Positions 37,934 through 47,611 of a stretch of 64,000 bases of DNA are shown in pieces (the first letter of the stretch is position 1; every line of letters starts with the position of its first letter). The notes under the pieces are model-generated. The model searched no databases. It had not been told where the DNA came from and worked only from the letters and a program-made list of their open reading frames with translations. Both the position numbers and the translations under genes were made by a program. The DNA lies in NCBI GenBank assembly GCA_000092065.1, contig CP000582.1; one strand, 5' to 3'. Source of the DNA: Ostreococcus lucimarinus. Lineage: Eukaryota.

Positions 37934-39712
37934 ATGACGGCGCGGCGCGAGCGCGCGCGCGCGCGGCGACGGCGCCGCGTCGCCCTCATCGCGTGCGCGT
38001 GCGCGCTCGCGGTGATCTGCGCGCGCGCGGTGACGCCGCGACGCGCGCGCGAGCGGCGCGCGGACGCGCGAACGCCGCGAGAACTCACGCTCGCGTCGCA
38101 CGGTGCGTTTCTGGCGCTGGACGTCGAGTCGAAGGCGGCGCGCGTGATACATCGCGGCCGGGGGGTGTATTACGGCACGTTCGAGGACGGATCGTCGTCG
38201 TCGGACGCGGTGTGGGTGGCGTCGAGGCCGGATAACGCGAAGACGCGGACGCGGACGGCGACGCGCGGGGACGCGTTGCTCAGAATAGACGCGAAGCGGG
38301 GGGAGATTTTAGAGGAAAGGGCGATCGATGCGGCGTTCACGCACGACGTCGTGCGACGAGGTGACTCGGTGTTCGTCGCCGACACTGGGAACGGGCGGAT
38401 TTTGGAGTTGGAGTATCCGTCGATGAGGACGCTTCGGGCGGTGGAGTTGTCGGTGAAGGCGCACGTGAATACGCTCGCGCCGGCGGACGCGAGCGAGTAC
38501 GGCGAGCACGCGGTGTGGGCGGTGCTTCATAATTTAGGTCCGAGCGAGGTGGCGTTGATCGACTTGGAAACTGGGCGCGAGTTGCGACCGAGGTTGACCA
38601 GAGTGGGCACGAAGTCGCACGGGTTGGTCATATACGAAGATCGATTCATCATGCTGAACAGTGGAGAGGGGCAATTGATTTCCGTGGACCCGTCGGGTGT
38701 CGAAGATTACGAGATTTTATGGACCGATGATTCGCGGACGTTCATGAAAGGGTTGTGCGTGATCGATGACGTGGCGTTTTTCGGCGTTTCGGCGTTCGGA
38801 AGAAGAGAAGACCGAGGCGATCCAAACAAGTCGAGCGACGTGGTGGCTTTCGATCTCGTTCGTAAGCGCGAGCTCTGGCGACAGACCGTGATGACGCACG
38901 GATTGCTCAACGTCATCGCCGCGCCGCAAATAGAGTCGAGCACTTGGTCGCACGCACATTGGAATGCAAACTCGCCGTCGTTGTACGCCGAATGGATTCC
39001 TCTGGCGGCGAAGCAAACGAACAATTGTGAAGCGACCGATCGGAATTCCTTGCTGTTGACGTACGACGACGTCGATGTACATCTGCTTCGTGATTACATT
39101 CAAGGCCTCCCTCGCGACGTGTTCAAAGAGTCTGGCAAAAACGGAAACGCTTTGTTGGGTGGGAGAGACGGCAACATGCAAAAGTTCAAGCCAAACGTCG
39201 ATGGCATGCTCTTGTTTTTCTCAGATCGAGGTGGCGAACACGTTTTTGAGTTTCCATTTTGGAAACGTCTCGAGCCGTACGTGCAACCTGTGCTGATTGA
39301 TTTGTTCACCGATCAACTCGGCGTCTCGGATCCGTTACGACACGTGATACGGCTACAGCTGGCGGTGATGAATCCTGGTTCTGAAATTTTGCCACACGTG
39401 GATACGGGCGACTGGGCGAGAAGACACCATCGATTTCACGTTCCAATCATAGTCCCGCAAAACGCTGGAGCGGTGGAATTCGTCATGATGCCAGAATCCG
39501 GTCAGGAAATCGCCGTTCCGCTCATCGAAGGTCGTCCATTTGAGATAAACAACGCGGTGACGCATCGAGTACGGAACAGCGCCTCGTCTTGGCGCATCCA
39601 CTTACTCGTCGACTTTAGCGAGCAACCGACGGCGAAGAGGCACGTGCTCAAGCCTGGGGACGTTTGTGACTACGCCAAAATGGGCAGCGGTCGGTGTGTG
39701 GCTGTCACTTAG
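37934..39712 (+). CDS. Membrane-anchored protein with NHL/beta-propeller-like region and C-terminal aspartyl/asparaginyl beta-hydroxylase-type 2OG-Fe(II) oxygenase domain
   Basis: Start placed at ATG 37934: [30 protein letters not shown], a signal anchor. Earlier in-frame ATGs fall inside the RPS14 5' region on the other strand. The middle region has VFVADTGNGRILELEY-type propeller blades. The C-terminus has the AspH-family core LPHVDTGDWARRHHRFHVPIIVP ... GRPFEINNAVTHRVRNSASSWRIHLLVDF. Confidence 0.6.
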   Translation: MTARRERARARRRRRVALIACACALAVICARAVTPRRARERRADARTPRELTLASHGAFLALDVESKAARVIHRGRGVYYGTFEDGSSSSDAVWVASRPDNAKTRTRTATRGDALLRIDAKRGEILEERAIDAAFTHDVVRRGDSVFVADTGNGRILELEYPSMRTLRAVELSVKAHVNTLAPADASEYGEHAVWAVLHNLGPSEVALIDLETGRELRPRLTRVGTKSHGLVIYEDRFIMLNSGEGQLISVDPSGVEDYEILWTDDSRTFMKGLCVIDDVAFFGVSAFGRREDRGDPNKSSDVVAFDLVRKRELWRQTVMTHGLLNVIAAPQIESSTWSHAHWNANSPSLYAEWIPLAAKQTNNCEATDRNSLLLTYDDVDVHLLRDYIQGLPRDVFKESGKNGNALLGGRDGNMQKFKPNVDGMLLFFSDRGGEHVFEFPFWKRLEPYVQPVLIDLFTDQLGVSDPLRHVIRLQLAVMNPGSEILPHVDTGDWARRHHRFHVPIIVPQNAGAVEFVMMPESGQEIAVPLIEGRPFEINNAVTHRVRNSASSWRIHLLVDFSEQPTAKRHVLKPGDVCDYAKMGSGRCVAVT

Positions 39713-39783
39713 CGTGTGAGTAGGTCATCTTAGTCAACTTTGTATTGGTTTGATTACACATTCTTTCTTTCACATTTGCTTTC
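39713..39783. terminator. 71 bp AT-rich spacer between convergent stops (AspH-like + / USP7 -)
   Basis: T-rich: TTTGTATTGGTTTGATTACACATTCTTTCTTTCACATTTGCTTTCTCAC. Confidence 0.45.
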
Positions 39784-42700
39784 TCACATGATTTTGATCG
39801 CTCGCTCAAATCCAGCCGGCTTCCCCTGACGGCTAGCCGGCCTTCGCGGACCTCTAACTTCGCGCTCGATCCCCAGCGTCGATTCGCAAAAGCCCTCTTT
39901 GGCGATGCGAACCAATTTACTCGATATAACCAACTCGTCGTCGTCCAAGATTTCATACCGCGGCGGGTGGCCGATGTAGAACTTCCATTTTGCGAAGTCC
40001 TCATCCGTCGCTTCGAGCCTCGTCTTGATCCGAGCCTTCACTTCCCCGAGCGTCTCACCTTCACACGTGCGAAGTAACATCGGTTCATCGTAGGCATAGA
40101 ACTGGTTAGGATTGGACAAGTCTTTGGAAATGTTGTACACACGCAAGAGTCTGTCTTCCTCTGACTCGTCATCGGGAACTTCCTCCGCACGAAGCGTCCA
40201 ATATTGGTCGTTGATATCTGCGATATCCTTTTCCTCCTCGAAAACTTTGTAGATTTGCGAGTAGAAAAGTTCAAGCAGACGTAATTTGCGACCGCCGACT
40301 CGAGTACCGAGCCTAGATCTGACCTCTTCGAGGACATCCTTCACCGCTGCGCTCTTCGACAGACGCAGTTGGAATTCTTCAACGAGCTTTGTGTTCAGTC
40401 CATGGAAGAAAACTTTTAGCGTCTTCAATTCCTGGAGTTCGGGCAGCGGCATGTCTAAGACTTCGTAATAGAGCACGTCGCTTTGCTGGTTTTCCAGCAT
40501 TTTTATCAAAGTATCCGCGCCTCTAAATTGGAAGCTTGCACTCTTTGGACCGTTCGTGTACACGTGATGCGCGGTGAAGCGCAATCGAAGAGGATCGTCC
40601 AAACCGATCGCCGAAGCCAAAACATCAGCGACTTGATCGTAACTCATCATTTTCGTCAACTCCAGAGTCACTTTGTCCACCTTAGGGGCCTCCAGCTCTC
40701 TGAAGTGAACGATTTGATGATTGTGTCTGAAGTCCGCATATTGAACCACGTTGGGGAACTTTAGTGAATCTTCCATGTCTTCAGTGATTTCTGGTTGAAT
40801 AAGCAAGATATCACCGTTACCGAGCTGCAACGTCTTGCTACCGTCATCGGGGTCGCTCAACGGATATGTTTTCACTTGTTTGTCCGATAATTGATCAATT
40901 TGAATCTTACTTTCGCGAACGAACGCAATTTCCTCAAACATGAGCGTTGACGCGGTACTGGCAAACCCTGCCATGGATTTGATCTTCGGCATGTAGGTAC
41001 TGAGCGTCTCCTCGGGACTCGCGTAAAGCGTGCCACAGTAACTCAACCGCGCCTCATGCGGATTGTAAAGCTTGACGTGCAACCAAATGTCTCTTTCTGG
41101 GTCACTGTTCGCGAACGCATCATCGTCAAGCTCTTCCAGGTAGAGTCTGAATTCGCCTGATGAAGCATGCTGTGAGTTAGGCACCGTGTATTTCAGCCGT
41201 GTTTTTTCAACCGTCCAGGTCGGTGGGGTATTTGCGTGGTCTGGAAGCGCGGTGGCTGGCCGAGATGTTTTGTTGCGTCGTGGCGAGTAAGTCCAGTACC
41301 GCTGCCTCTCAGCTGGTATTCCGAGCTTCTCGGAAACGAGCTCCCTAAACTTTGTAAATGTCGACTTTTTATGCAGTCGGAACCTTTGCGCGCTCTCAAA
41401 ATTGCCCAGATCAAAAAACTTCTCCGAAGCGATCTGCCGCTCTAAATCTTGCCTGGTCAAAACCTTGATGATGGTGTACAGATGCGCCTCCTTCTTTTCC
41501 TGCGCCTCTTTCTCCTTTGCCTTCTGCTCCTCAGCGAAGCGGGCCTGGAGGTATTCCGTGAGATGAGACTTATTGGCGACGCACATGATTTGATCCATGT
41601 CATCCTCTCGAATGTACACGAGCATGTAGGCGCTACTCACTTTTTGGAACCGCAAGTTCGGCGCCACGCGGACGTTTGTCGAGTCATCGTCTGCATCCAT
41701 ATCGCTATCGACCGCGGCTGCGCCGCCGCTTCCGTACTGTTCCACCACCGACTTTTCTGCGGTTTCTTTCGTCACGTGTTCGTCATCAAACTTGAACCAC
41801 TGCGCATCTTCCGCCTGCAAATTGGGCTTGACAAACGCGTAATAATGTCCACCATTTATCCCCCCGCTGTGTACTAAGACGCTATGAAGCTTATACTTGT
41901 TGCGAACACTCTTGTCGGACTCGGGAACGAGGTACTTACGATCACCCACGTCGAGATCGAGCTCTTCGGGGAACTCATATCTATCATGGATCTTCACCAT
42001 GGTGTCTCGTTGGTAATCGTACTCAAAACGCTTCAGCTGAATCTGCAACACGGGAGGAAAGTCGTGGAACAGCGTGCCTTTGCGAGCGTCTTGCAATCCG
42101 TGTCCCTCGGCGCGATACTTGTTCTCGCCATCAAGTTTTTCAATCTCAGTGTAACGATCAAAGGACGCATAAATATCTTTGCATCCCTTGACGTCTAACT
42201 GAAGATCGAGAAACTCCTCCTTGCGTTCGCTCTTGTAATCAACGTTGATGCACTCGATGAAGTTCGTCGTGTGCCCTTCGAAGAGCTTCTGAATCGTGCC
42301 CTCGACGCACGTTTGTTTCATGGCCTCTTCAAGCTTATCCTGAAGTACACGGTTGAGTTCCTGTACGTCGTGTTGCATGAAGGAATCGTAAGAGTCCCAT
42401 CCAAACGATCGCGTCAAATCCTCCGTGCTCACGTCGCCTTCTTTGGCGTACTGAAGACAGTAGAACACCGATTGTAACGCTAATGGCATCGATGTGTGCG
42501 CCTCTTCCGTTTCGTTCGTAGGCATGTGATAGACCGCGCGACGAAAGGAGGGAATGTGATAGAGCGTCTGCAAGAGCGAGTTCATGTAACACGTCGCCCC
42601 TTGATTCTTCAGACCGATCAGCCCTGTCTCTTTGCGCGAGTCGTATTCGCTATAAAACGCACTCTGCATCGGTCGGTCGACTTCGTGCTCCTCAATCGGC

Positions 42701-43413
42701 GTCACATGCACTCGGAAATTCACACAGCCTTCGGCGTCAACGTAGCCCTTTTCAAAAACGTCTTCGCGCGTGATGAACGACGCGAACCCCCAATCCGCTT
42801 CGCGTCTGTCGAACGTGTGCGACGTTTCCTTCGATTCTACCACCGACGCATCCGTCGGATGAAGCAGCTGCAATTCGAACTTCGCGTGCCTTCTCCACTC
42901 TCTACTCATGTCGTCCTCGATTCGGCGCGGCTTTGTCGCCCCCGTGTCCAAGAACAAGCTCACCTGCGCCGGCGTCTCCGATTTCGAGTTCAAATTACTC
43001 CCGAACGGATACATCGCCAACCGAAAGAGTGTATCTCCGCACTCAAACGTTTGACTCACCACCTTCGCGTCTCGTTTCTTCCATCGCGAGAACTCGGCGC
43101 GCCACGAGAACGTCGTCGGCTCCGCCGTCGAGAACGCCAACTCGCTATCTTCCGAACCGCTCGACATCGATCGATCGTCGTCTTCCGCGTCCGACGCGTT
43201 GCCGTCGTCGGCATCTAACGACCGCATCTCCACTGCTCGCGCGGGCGTCGTTCGTCCGGACGCGTCGTCGTCAGTCGTCGAGGCGGGTGCGGATTCCAGA
43301 TCGATTGCCGTCGCGATTCTCCGTCGGTTTCGTCGCGCGCGAAGCGCGCGCGCCCGATCGAGCGCCCGCGAGCGATGCGCACCGTCTTGCGAGGCGATAT
43401 CATCGCCTGACAT
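39784..43413 (-). CDS. USP7: Ubiquitin carboxyl-terminal hydrolase 7 (USP7/HAUSP; plant UBP12/13-type) with N-terminal MATH domain
   Basis: ATG at 43413. MATH: FSWRAEFSRWKKRDAKVVSQTFECGDTLFRLAMYPFG. Cys box: GLKNQGATCYMNSLLQTLYHIPSFRRAVY. His box: YKLHSVLVHSGGINGGHYYAFVKP. Long UBL-repeat C-terminal region. 1209 aa single exon. Confidence 0.9.
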   Translation of the reverse strand: MSGDDIASQDGAHRSRALDRARALRARRNRRRIATAIDLESAPASTTDDDASGRTTPARAVEMRSLDADDGNASDAEDDDRSMSSGSEDSELAFSTAEPTTFSWRAEFSRWKKRDAKVVSQTFECGDTLFRLAMYPFGSNLNSKSETPAQVSLFLDTGATKPRRIEDDMSREWRRHAKFELQLLHPTDASVVESKETSHTFDRREADWGFASFITREDVFEKGYVDAEGCVNFRVHVTPIEEHEVDRPMQSAFYSEYDSRKETGLIGLKNQGATCYMNSLLQTLYHIPSFRRAVYHMPTNETEEAHTSMPLALQSVFYCLQYAKEGDVSTEDLTRSFGWDSYDSFMQHDVQELNRVLQDKLEEAMKQTCVEGTIQKLFEGHTTNFIECINVDYKSERKEEFLDLQLDVKGCKDIYASFDRYTEIEKLDGENKYRAEGHGLQDARKGTLFHDFPPVLQIQLKRFEYDYQRDTMVKIHDRYEFPEELDLDVGDRKYLVPESDKSVRNKYKLHSVLVHSGGINGGHYYAFVKPNLQAEDAQWFKFDDEHVTKETAEKSVVEQYGSGGAAAVDSDMDADDDSTNVRVAPNLRFQKVSSAYMLVYIREDDMDQIMCVANKSHLTEYLQARFAEEQKAKEKEAQEKKEAHLYTIIKVLTRQDLERQIASEKFFDLGNFESAQRFRLHKKSTFTKFRELVSEKLGIPAERQRYWTYSPRRNKTSRPATALPDHANTPPTWTVEKTRLKYTVPNSQHASSGEFRLYLEELDDDAFANSDPERDIWLHVKLYNPHEARLSYCGTLYASPEETLSTYMPKIKSMAGFASTASTLMFEEIAFVRESKIQIDQLSDKQVKTYPLSDPDDGSKTLQLGNGDILLIQPEITEDMEDSLKFPNVVQYADFRHNHQIVHFRELEAPKVDKVTLELTKMMSYDQVADVLASAIGLDDPLRLRFTAHHVYTNGPKSASFQFRGADTLIKMLENQQSDVLYYEVLDMPLPELQELKTLKVFFHGLNTKLVEEFQLRLSKSAAVKDVLEEVRSRLGTRVGGRKLRLLELFYSQIYKVFEEEKDIADINDQYWTLRAEEVPDDESEEDRLLRVYNISKDLSNPNQFYAYDEPMLLRTCEGETLGEVKARIKTRLEATDEDFAKWKFYIGHPPRYEILDDDELVISSKLVRIAKEGFCESTLGIEREVRGPRRPASRQGKPAGFERAIKIM

Positions 43414-43621
43414 CAGCGCCGGTGAGGCGCGTCACCGTGTGGGGAGGTGGAGAGAGTGCGAGCGGAGATTAGACAGTTGCACTCGGGACGACGGTTGAAC
43501 CGACGGCGAGCGGCGAGCGGCGGATGTTTCATCATTCATTCATGCCTTTGCGACGACGCGTTTCGACGAGCGGTGAGCTAGATGCTAAAGTTGAGGAATC
43601 GTTCGGTGCGCGCGGAGGGCG

Positions 43622-44182
43622 TCATCGCGCGCGCGCGGCGGCGCCGACGCGAGATTTGACGTGCTGCTGCTGCTGCGCTCGAGCCGTCGGGCGGGTGTCC
43701 TCGGGAACGAACGGGTCGCCGATGGCGCCGTGCACGGATCTTCGGAACGCGGGAAACACGACTGGGTCGCGAATTTTGCTCGCGATGAATTTTTCGAGCT
43801 CTGACTTTTCGGGTGAGGACTTTTCGGCGTCGCGAGCGGCTTTGGCGTACGAATCAGCCTTGCGTTTTTCTCGCTTCTGCTGCGAAAGCAGCGGCCCGAG
43901 ATTTCTACCGCCGCCGCCGCCGCCGCCGCCGGTCGAGGAAGTTCCCGACGATTTTCCCGTTCCCGTCCGTTCGCTCAAGTTGGCCGACGCCTTCCCGGCG
44001 TACGTCGCCGAGCTCGTCGCCGATTTCTCGGGCGATTTCTCCGCCGACGATATCGGACGCGGCACTTTCTGTGACTCCTGCGTCGCACCCTCGGTTTTCT
44101 TCCCCTGCTCCTTCCCGAAGCTCTGCGTCTCGTTCTCACTCGCTCGCTTCGCCCCGTTCCCAGCCTTTCGCTCTCGTTTTCG
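43622..44182 (-). CDS. K/E/S-rich low-complexity ORF in frame with the upstream hypothetical gene (possible downstream exon or readthrough extension)
   Basis: No ATG. The ORF-track start is GTG at 44065. Open frame back to the TAG at 44186. Composition is Lys/Glu/Ser-rich, unlike the Arg/Ala artefact frames. A (GGC)n tract encodes poly-Gly. The tail is FIASKIRDPVVFPAFRRSVHGAIGDPFVPEDTRP. Confidence 0.3.
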   Translation of the reverse strand, partial: RKRERKAGNGAKRASENETQSFGKEQGKKTEGATQESQKVPRPISSAEKSPEKSATSSATYAGKASANLSERTGTGKSSGTSSTGGGGGGGGRNLGPLLSQQKREKRKADSYAKAARDAEKSSPEKSELEKFIASKIRDPVVFPAFRRSVHGAIGDPFVPEDTRPTARAQQQQHVKSRVGAAARAR

Positions 44183-44185
44183 CTC

Positions 44186-44581
44186 CTACTTCGACAATCT
44201 ACGATGCGCCGAGAAGAAGGCCGTCTTGGGCGAGTGACGAGAGAGCACCTGCCCAAAATTCGTCCCATCGTCCACGCTCAGCCGCTTCCGCTCGCCTCGA
44301 TCGCCGTCATCGTACACCAAACACACGTGGATCTTCTCCTTCAGCGCGTTGTCCCCCGTCTTGGCCAGTTCTTTGGAGAACGCCGCGTTCGATTTATGCG
44401 CCGCCGCCGCGCGCGCCACGTCTCGCAGAAATTGGTTCAACCGCTGTCCGTTGTGCACTCCCACGCGTCCGACGCGCGCGAGCCCACCGGAACCGGCGCG
44501 CGATTTATCCCCACCGCCCTCGCCGCCGTAGAACGATCGCTCGTCCACGCGCAGGTCGAACGGCGTCTTGTACTTTTCCAT
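44186..44581 (-). CDS. Hypothetical protein (131 aa as written; may continue into the downstream K/E-rich ORF)
   Basis: ATG at 44581: MEKYKTPFDLRVDERSFYGGEGGGDK...KIHVCLVYDDGDRGERKRLSVDDGTNFGQVLSRHSPK. Non-GC-artefact composition (Lys, Tyr, Phe, Asn codons). Terminated by TAG at 44186..44188, which is in the same frame as ORF 43622..44065. Confidence 0.4.
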   Translation of the reverse strand: MEKYKTPFDLRVDERSFYGGEGGGDKSRAGSGGLARVGRVGVHNGQRLNQFLRDVARAAAAHKSNAAFSKELAKTGDNALKEKIHVCLVYDDGDRGERKRLSVDDGTNFGQVLSRHSPKTAFFSAHRRLSK

Positions 44582-44634
44582 GTCTCGGCGCGCGGCGTTA
44601 GTTGGCGCGCGCGCGGTCCGCAGACCGCGGCGCG

Positions 44635-45447
44635 ATGTCGCGCGCGCCGTCGATCGCCGCGCGGCGGTGCGCGAGCGTCGCGTCGACCGTCCCGACGCGC
44701 GCGCGACGGACGAATCGCGCGCGCGGCGCGGCGGCGTCGAGGAATGCGGACGCCGAGACGAACGCCGAGACGGACGACCGTCGCGACTCTCGACGCGCGT
44801 TTCTCGCGCGGGCGTGCGCGGGGACGGCGTGCGCGCGCGCGTCGTCGTCTCAAGCGTCGGAAGCGCGCGCGCCGAGCGGATACGACGCGCCGACGGTGGC
44901 GCCGAGCGGGTCGACGACGCGCGCGAACGCGTTCGAGTCGTCGCGCGCCGGCGGCGAATCCATCTCGCCGTACGCGTATCGCCTCCGATGGCCGAGCGGA
45001 TGGTGCGCGCTGCGCGACCTCGCGAGCGCGCGAACCGTGGGCGTCGACGCGTCGTTTAAGGATCCGCTGGACGAGGCGAGCACGCTCGCGGTGTTCGTGA
45101 CGCGCGGCGTTCGCGAACGCGACGTCGCGTCGCGATACGGAACGCTCGATGAAGACGCGAGACGACGCGCGGACGCCGCGCCGAATCAAAAAACCATAGG
45201 CAAGAGGACCGTGCGCGTGTCCGTGCCGCGCGGCGACGGCGCCGGTCGCGTCGTCGTCGAGGCGCACGAGATCGAAACCGAAGTCGGCGGCGGCACCGCC
45301 GGCAGGTTCGGCGCCGCCGTCGAGCTCATCCGCGTCTGGGTAGCGGACGGCTCCGAGTGGTGCGTTCGCGCCACGGCGAGTAAATCCGCGTGGCCGCGCG
45401 TTCGCGGCGAGCTTCGTCGCGCCGTCGATAGCTTTGAGTTCGCGTGA
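44635..45447 (+). CDS. PsbP-domain protein (PsbP-like/PPD), thylakoid lumen, twin-arginine signal
   Basis: The ORF-track start is TTG; first ATG is at 44635. Transit-like N-terminus, then the TAT motif DSRRAFLARACAG. PsbP-fold blocks: YAYRLRWPSGW, GVDASFKDPLDEASTLAVFV, KTIGKRTVRVSV, ELIRVWVADGSEWCVRATASKSAW. Confidence 0.7.
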   Translation: MSRAPSIAARRCASVASTVPTRARRTNRARGAAASRNADAETNAETDDRRDSRRAFLARACAGTACARASSSQASEARAPSGYDAPTVAPSGSTTRANAFESSRAGGESISPYAYRLRWPSGWCALRDLASARTVGVDASFKDPLDEASTLAVFVTRGVRERDVASRYGTLDEDARRRADAAPNQKTIGKRTVRVSVPRGDGAGRVVVEAHEIETEVGGGTAGRFGAAVELIRVWVADGSEWCVRATASKSAWPRVRGELRRAVDSFEFA

Positions 45448-45677
45448 CCGTCGCGCGGCGTTAGACGTTCGTAGTCGAGAGTCGCGTGACTTTTTGGGGT
45501 GGGTTGAATGACTTGGGCACGCGATTCAACGACGGGTAGGGTCGTTTGCGTTTCTTAGTTTTTATAGTAAAAGTGGTGACTTGGGCGTCGGTAGATCCAA
45601 ATCCGCGCGCGCGCGGAGACGCCGCGGAGACGCCGCGGGGACGCTCGAATTCCGCAATCATCACACCCCGACGCGCG

Positions 45678-46238
45678 ATGCCGACGTCGGCGACGCCCTA
45701 CCCCGACCCTCCCGCGTTCTTCACGCTTTACGGCGCGCCCGACGTCGTCCCTCCGGCGCCGCCGACGCCTCCCACGAACGCGGCGTACGCATCTTTCGGC
45801 GCCAATCATCACACCGCGCCCTGGCACGACCCCGACCACGGGTACGCCGCGTCCGGTGGGTTCGTCTACCCGATCTGCGTCGACGAGCGCGGGAAAACGG
45901 ACGCGCGAGAGGAGATGTGCGCGCTGACGCGACACGCGACGGCGAGGTTCGTGGAGGCGATGGAGAGGTGCGTGGACGCGCCGACGCGCGCGGAGGAGGC
46001 GACGGGGGCGCTGCACGCGCTGTTCAACAACGCGCATAAATTGATCAACGAAACGATACGACCGAGTCAAGCGATGACGGATTTTGAGTATCAGATAGAA
46101 CGGATGATTGAGGAGAAACGAACGAGCGTGGAGGCGCTGGAACGGGCGCTGGAACGGGCGAAAGCGGTCAAGGCGAACGCGGCCGAGGCGAGCGAGGATT
46201 TGGGAGTCGAGGCGCTGAAGAGAGCGCTGGAGGGGTAG
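45678..46238 (+). CDS. Small Pro-rich N-terminus / helical protein, possibly Mediator subunit MED7-like
   Basis: ATG at 45678: MPTSATPYPDPPAFFTLYGAPDVVPPAPPTPP resembles the MED7 N-terminal PP..Y..F..Y motif. A helical region follows (ALHALFNNAHKLINETIRPSQAMTDFEYQIERMIEEKR). Identity is tentative. Confidence 0.35.
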   Translation: MPTSATPYPDPPAFFTLYGAPDVVPPAPPTPPTNAAYASFGANHHTAPWHDPDHGYAASGGFVYPICVDERGKTDAREEMCALTRHATARFVEAMERCVDAPTRAEEATGALHALFNNAHKLINETIRPSQAMTDFEYQIERMIEEKRTSVEALERALERAKAVKANAAEASEDLGVEALKRALEG

Positions 46239-46303
46239 ATGCATAGATAGATAGAATTACAACGCAATGCGCGAGTGATGATGATACATCGTGTCGGTGA
46301 CGA
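46239..46303. terminator. 65 bp AT-rich spacer between convergent stops (MED7-like + / PIG-V -)
   Basis: ATGCATAGATAGATAGAATTACAACGCAATG... Confidence 0.4.
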
Positions 46304-47611
46304 TCACGTCCACGGGTAGAAATTGGCGAAGAGCGCGGCGCCGACGAGGGCGTAGGAGACGTGGTACGTCGCGATGAAGCGTCTCCACGCTTTGCTGTGG
46401 CGACCGAGGTGGGCCAGACCCCAATACATCGCCGGCGAGGTGCTCAAAAATCGCGTGGCGACTTGCACGTGCATGTACGTCGCCGCTATGACGGTCATCA
46501 CCCCGAGTTTGACGAAGTACGCGCCGACGAAGAAGCGCTGCTCCTCCTTGACGAAGACGCGCGCGTCTCGCGACCAAGCAAAGCGCTTCGTGAGGTAAAA
46601 CCCGAGCGCGATGGCGGGCGCGCCGAGCAAGACGTTCCCGAGGTTTCGCGCGCGATAGGACGACATGAAGCCTAGATTCCAGTAATGCCTCTGAATGAAA
46701 GAATACATCCCGCTCGGAACGTATCCGTACAGGTTGCGCCACGACTTTGGGCGACAATACGGTCGCTCCGCGCCGTCGAATACGGCGCCGTTGCAATATC
46801 GCATGTCCCCGAACTGAGCGAACGCGTAGTGCGGCGCGACGGTCAGCGCGATCGCGATCATCGCTCGCTTCAAGTGTCGCGCCGCGCGACGATGGCGCGT
46901 CTCGTCGTTCGCGTCGCGCAGTAAACGAAACATCTCTCGCCCGGCGTGTCCGAGCAACAAGACGACGCACAGCACCCCGTTCGAGCGGAACATCGTCGCG
47001 ACGCCGAACAACACGCCGCTGTGCAGCACCTTATTTTCTTGCAACAGCGACCCCGCGGCGAACTGCGCGTACGCGAATCCCGCCTCGGCGTACGCGCTTC
47101 CGTAAAACACATTCGCCGGATTCATCGCGTACAGCGTCGCCGCGGCTTCCGCCAGCGCCTCATCCCTCAGCAACTGCGTCGACAGCGCGTACATCGCCTC
47201 CACGCTCCGCGCGAACGCGTACGCGTTAATCGCCACCGCCGCCGCGCCCGCCGCGCACTCCTCCCGCGCGTCGTCCCGCGTCGTCCTCGCCCCCGCCAGC
47301 CTCGCCGCGCGTCCCACCGCGGCCGTCGTCGCCCGCGTCGCCATCGCGAGCCCCGGATAAAACGCGTGCTGATGCTCGAACTCGTACCCTCGCACCGCGA
47401 TCCCGACGTGATGTTCGCCGTCCCACGACGTCGCCGCGCGCACGCCCTCGCACGCGACGTCCGCGAGTCCGCCTCGCCGCGTCGCGTCGCGTCGCGTCGT
47501 CGACGCGCGCGCGAGCCCTCGCGAGGCGTCGTACGCCGGCATCGCGAGCCGCGTCGCGAGCACGACGCACAGCGCGACCGCGCGCGTCCGCGCGCCGCGT
47601 CGAAACATCAT
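46304..47611 (-). CDS. PIGV: GPI mannosyltransferase 2 (PIG-V/GPI18 family)
   Basis: ATG ATG at 47611 precedes TM1 (RAVALCVVLATRLAM). N-terminal block WDGEHHVGIAVRGYEFEHQHAFYPGLA matches the PIG-V signature (WDa.hf..IA..GYe.E...AFfP). Multiple TM spans. C-terminal YMHVQVATRF. The ORF-track 5' extension is an Arg-rich artefact antisense to the next gene. Confidence 0.6.
   Translation of the reverse strand: MMFRRGARTRAVALCVVLATRLAMPAYDASRGLARASTTRRDATRRGGLADVACEGVRAATSWDGEHHVGIAVRGYEFEHQHAFYPGLAMATRATTAAVGRAARLAGARTTRDDAREECAAGAAAVAINAYAFARSVEAMYALSTQLLRDEALAEAAATLYAMNPANVFYGSAYAEAGFAYAQFAAGSLLQENKVLHSGVLFGVATMFRSNGVLCVVLLLGHAGREMFRLLRDANDETRHRRAARHLKRAMIAIALTVAPHYAFAQFGDMRYCNGAVFDGAERPYCRPKSWRNLYGYVPSGMYSFIQRHYWNLGFMSSYRARNLGNVLLGAPAIALGFYLTKRFAWSRDARVFVKEEQRFFVGAYFVKLGVMTVIAATYMHVQVATRFLSTSPAMYWGLAHLGRHSKAWRRFIATYHVSYALVGAALFANFYPWT

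Noticed and set aside
43414-43621. An additional gene between USP7 and the K/E-rich ORF
   Set aside because: There are only short artefact ORFs. The AT-richer patch GTTTCATCATTCATTCATGCC fits a 3' end region for the upstream minus-strand gene.
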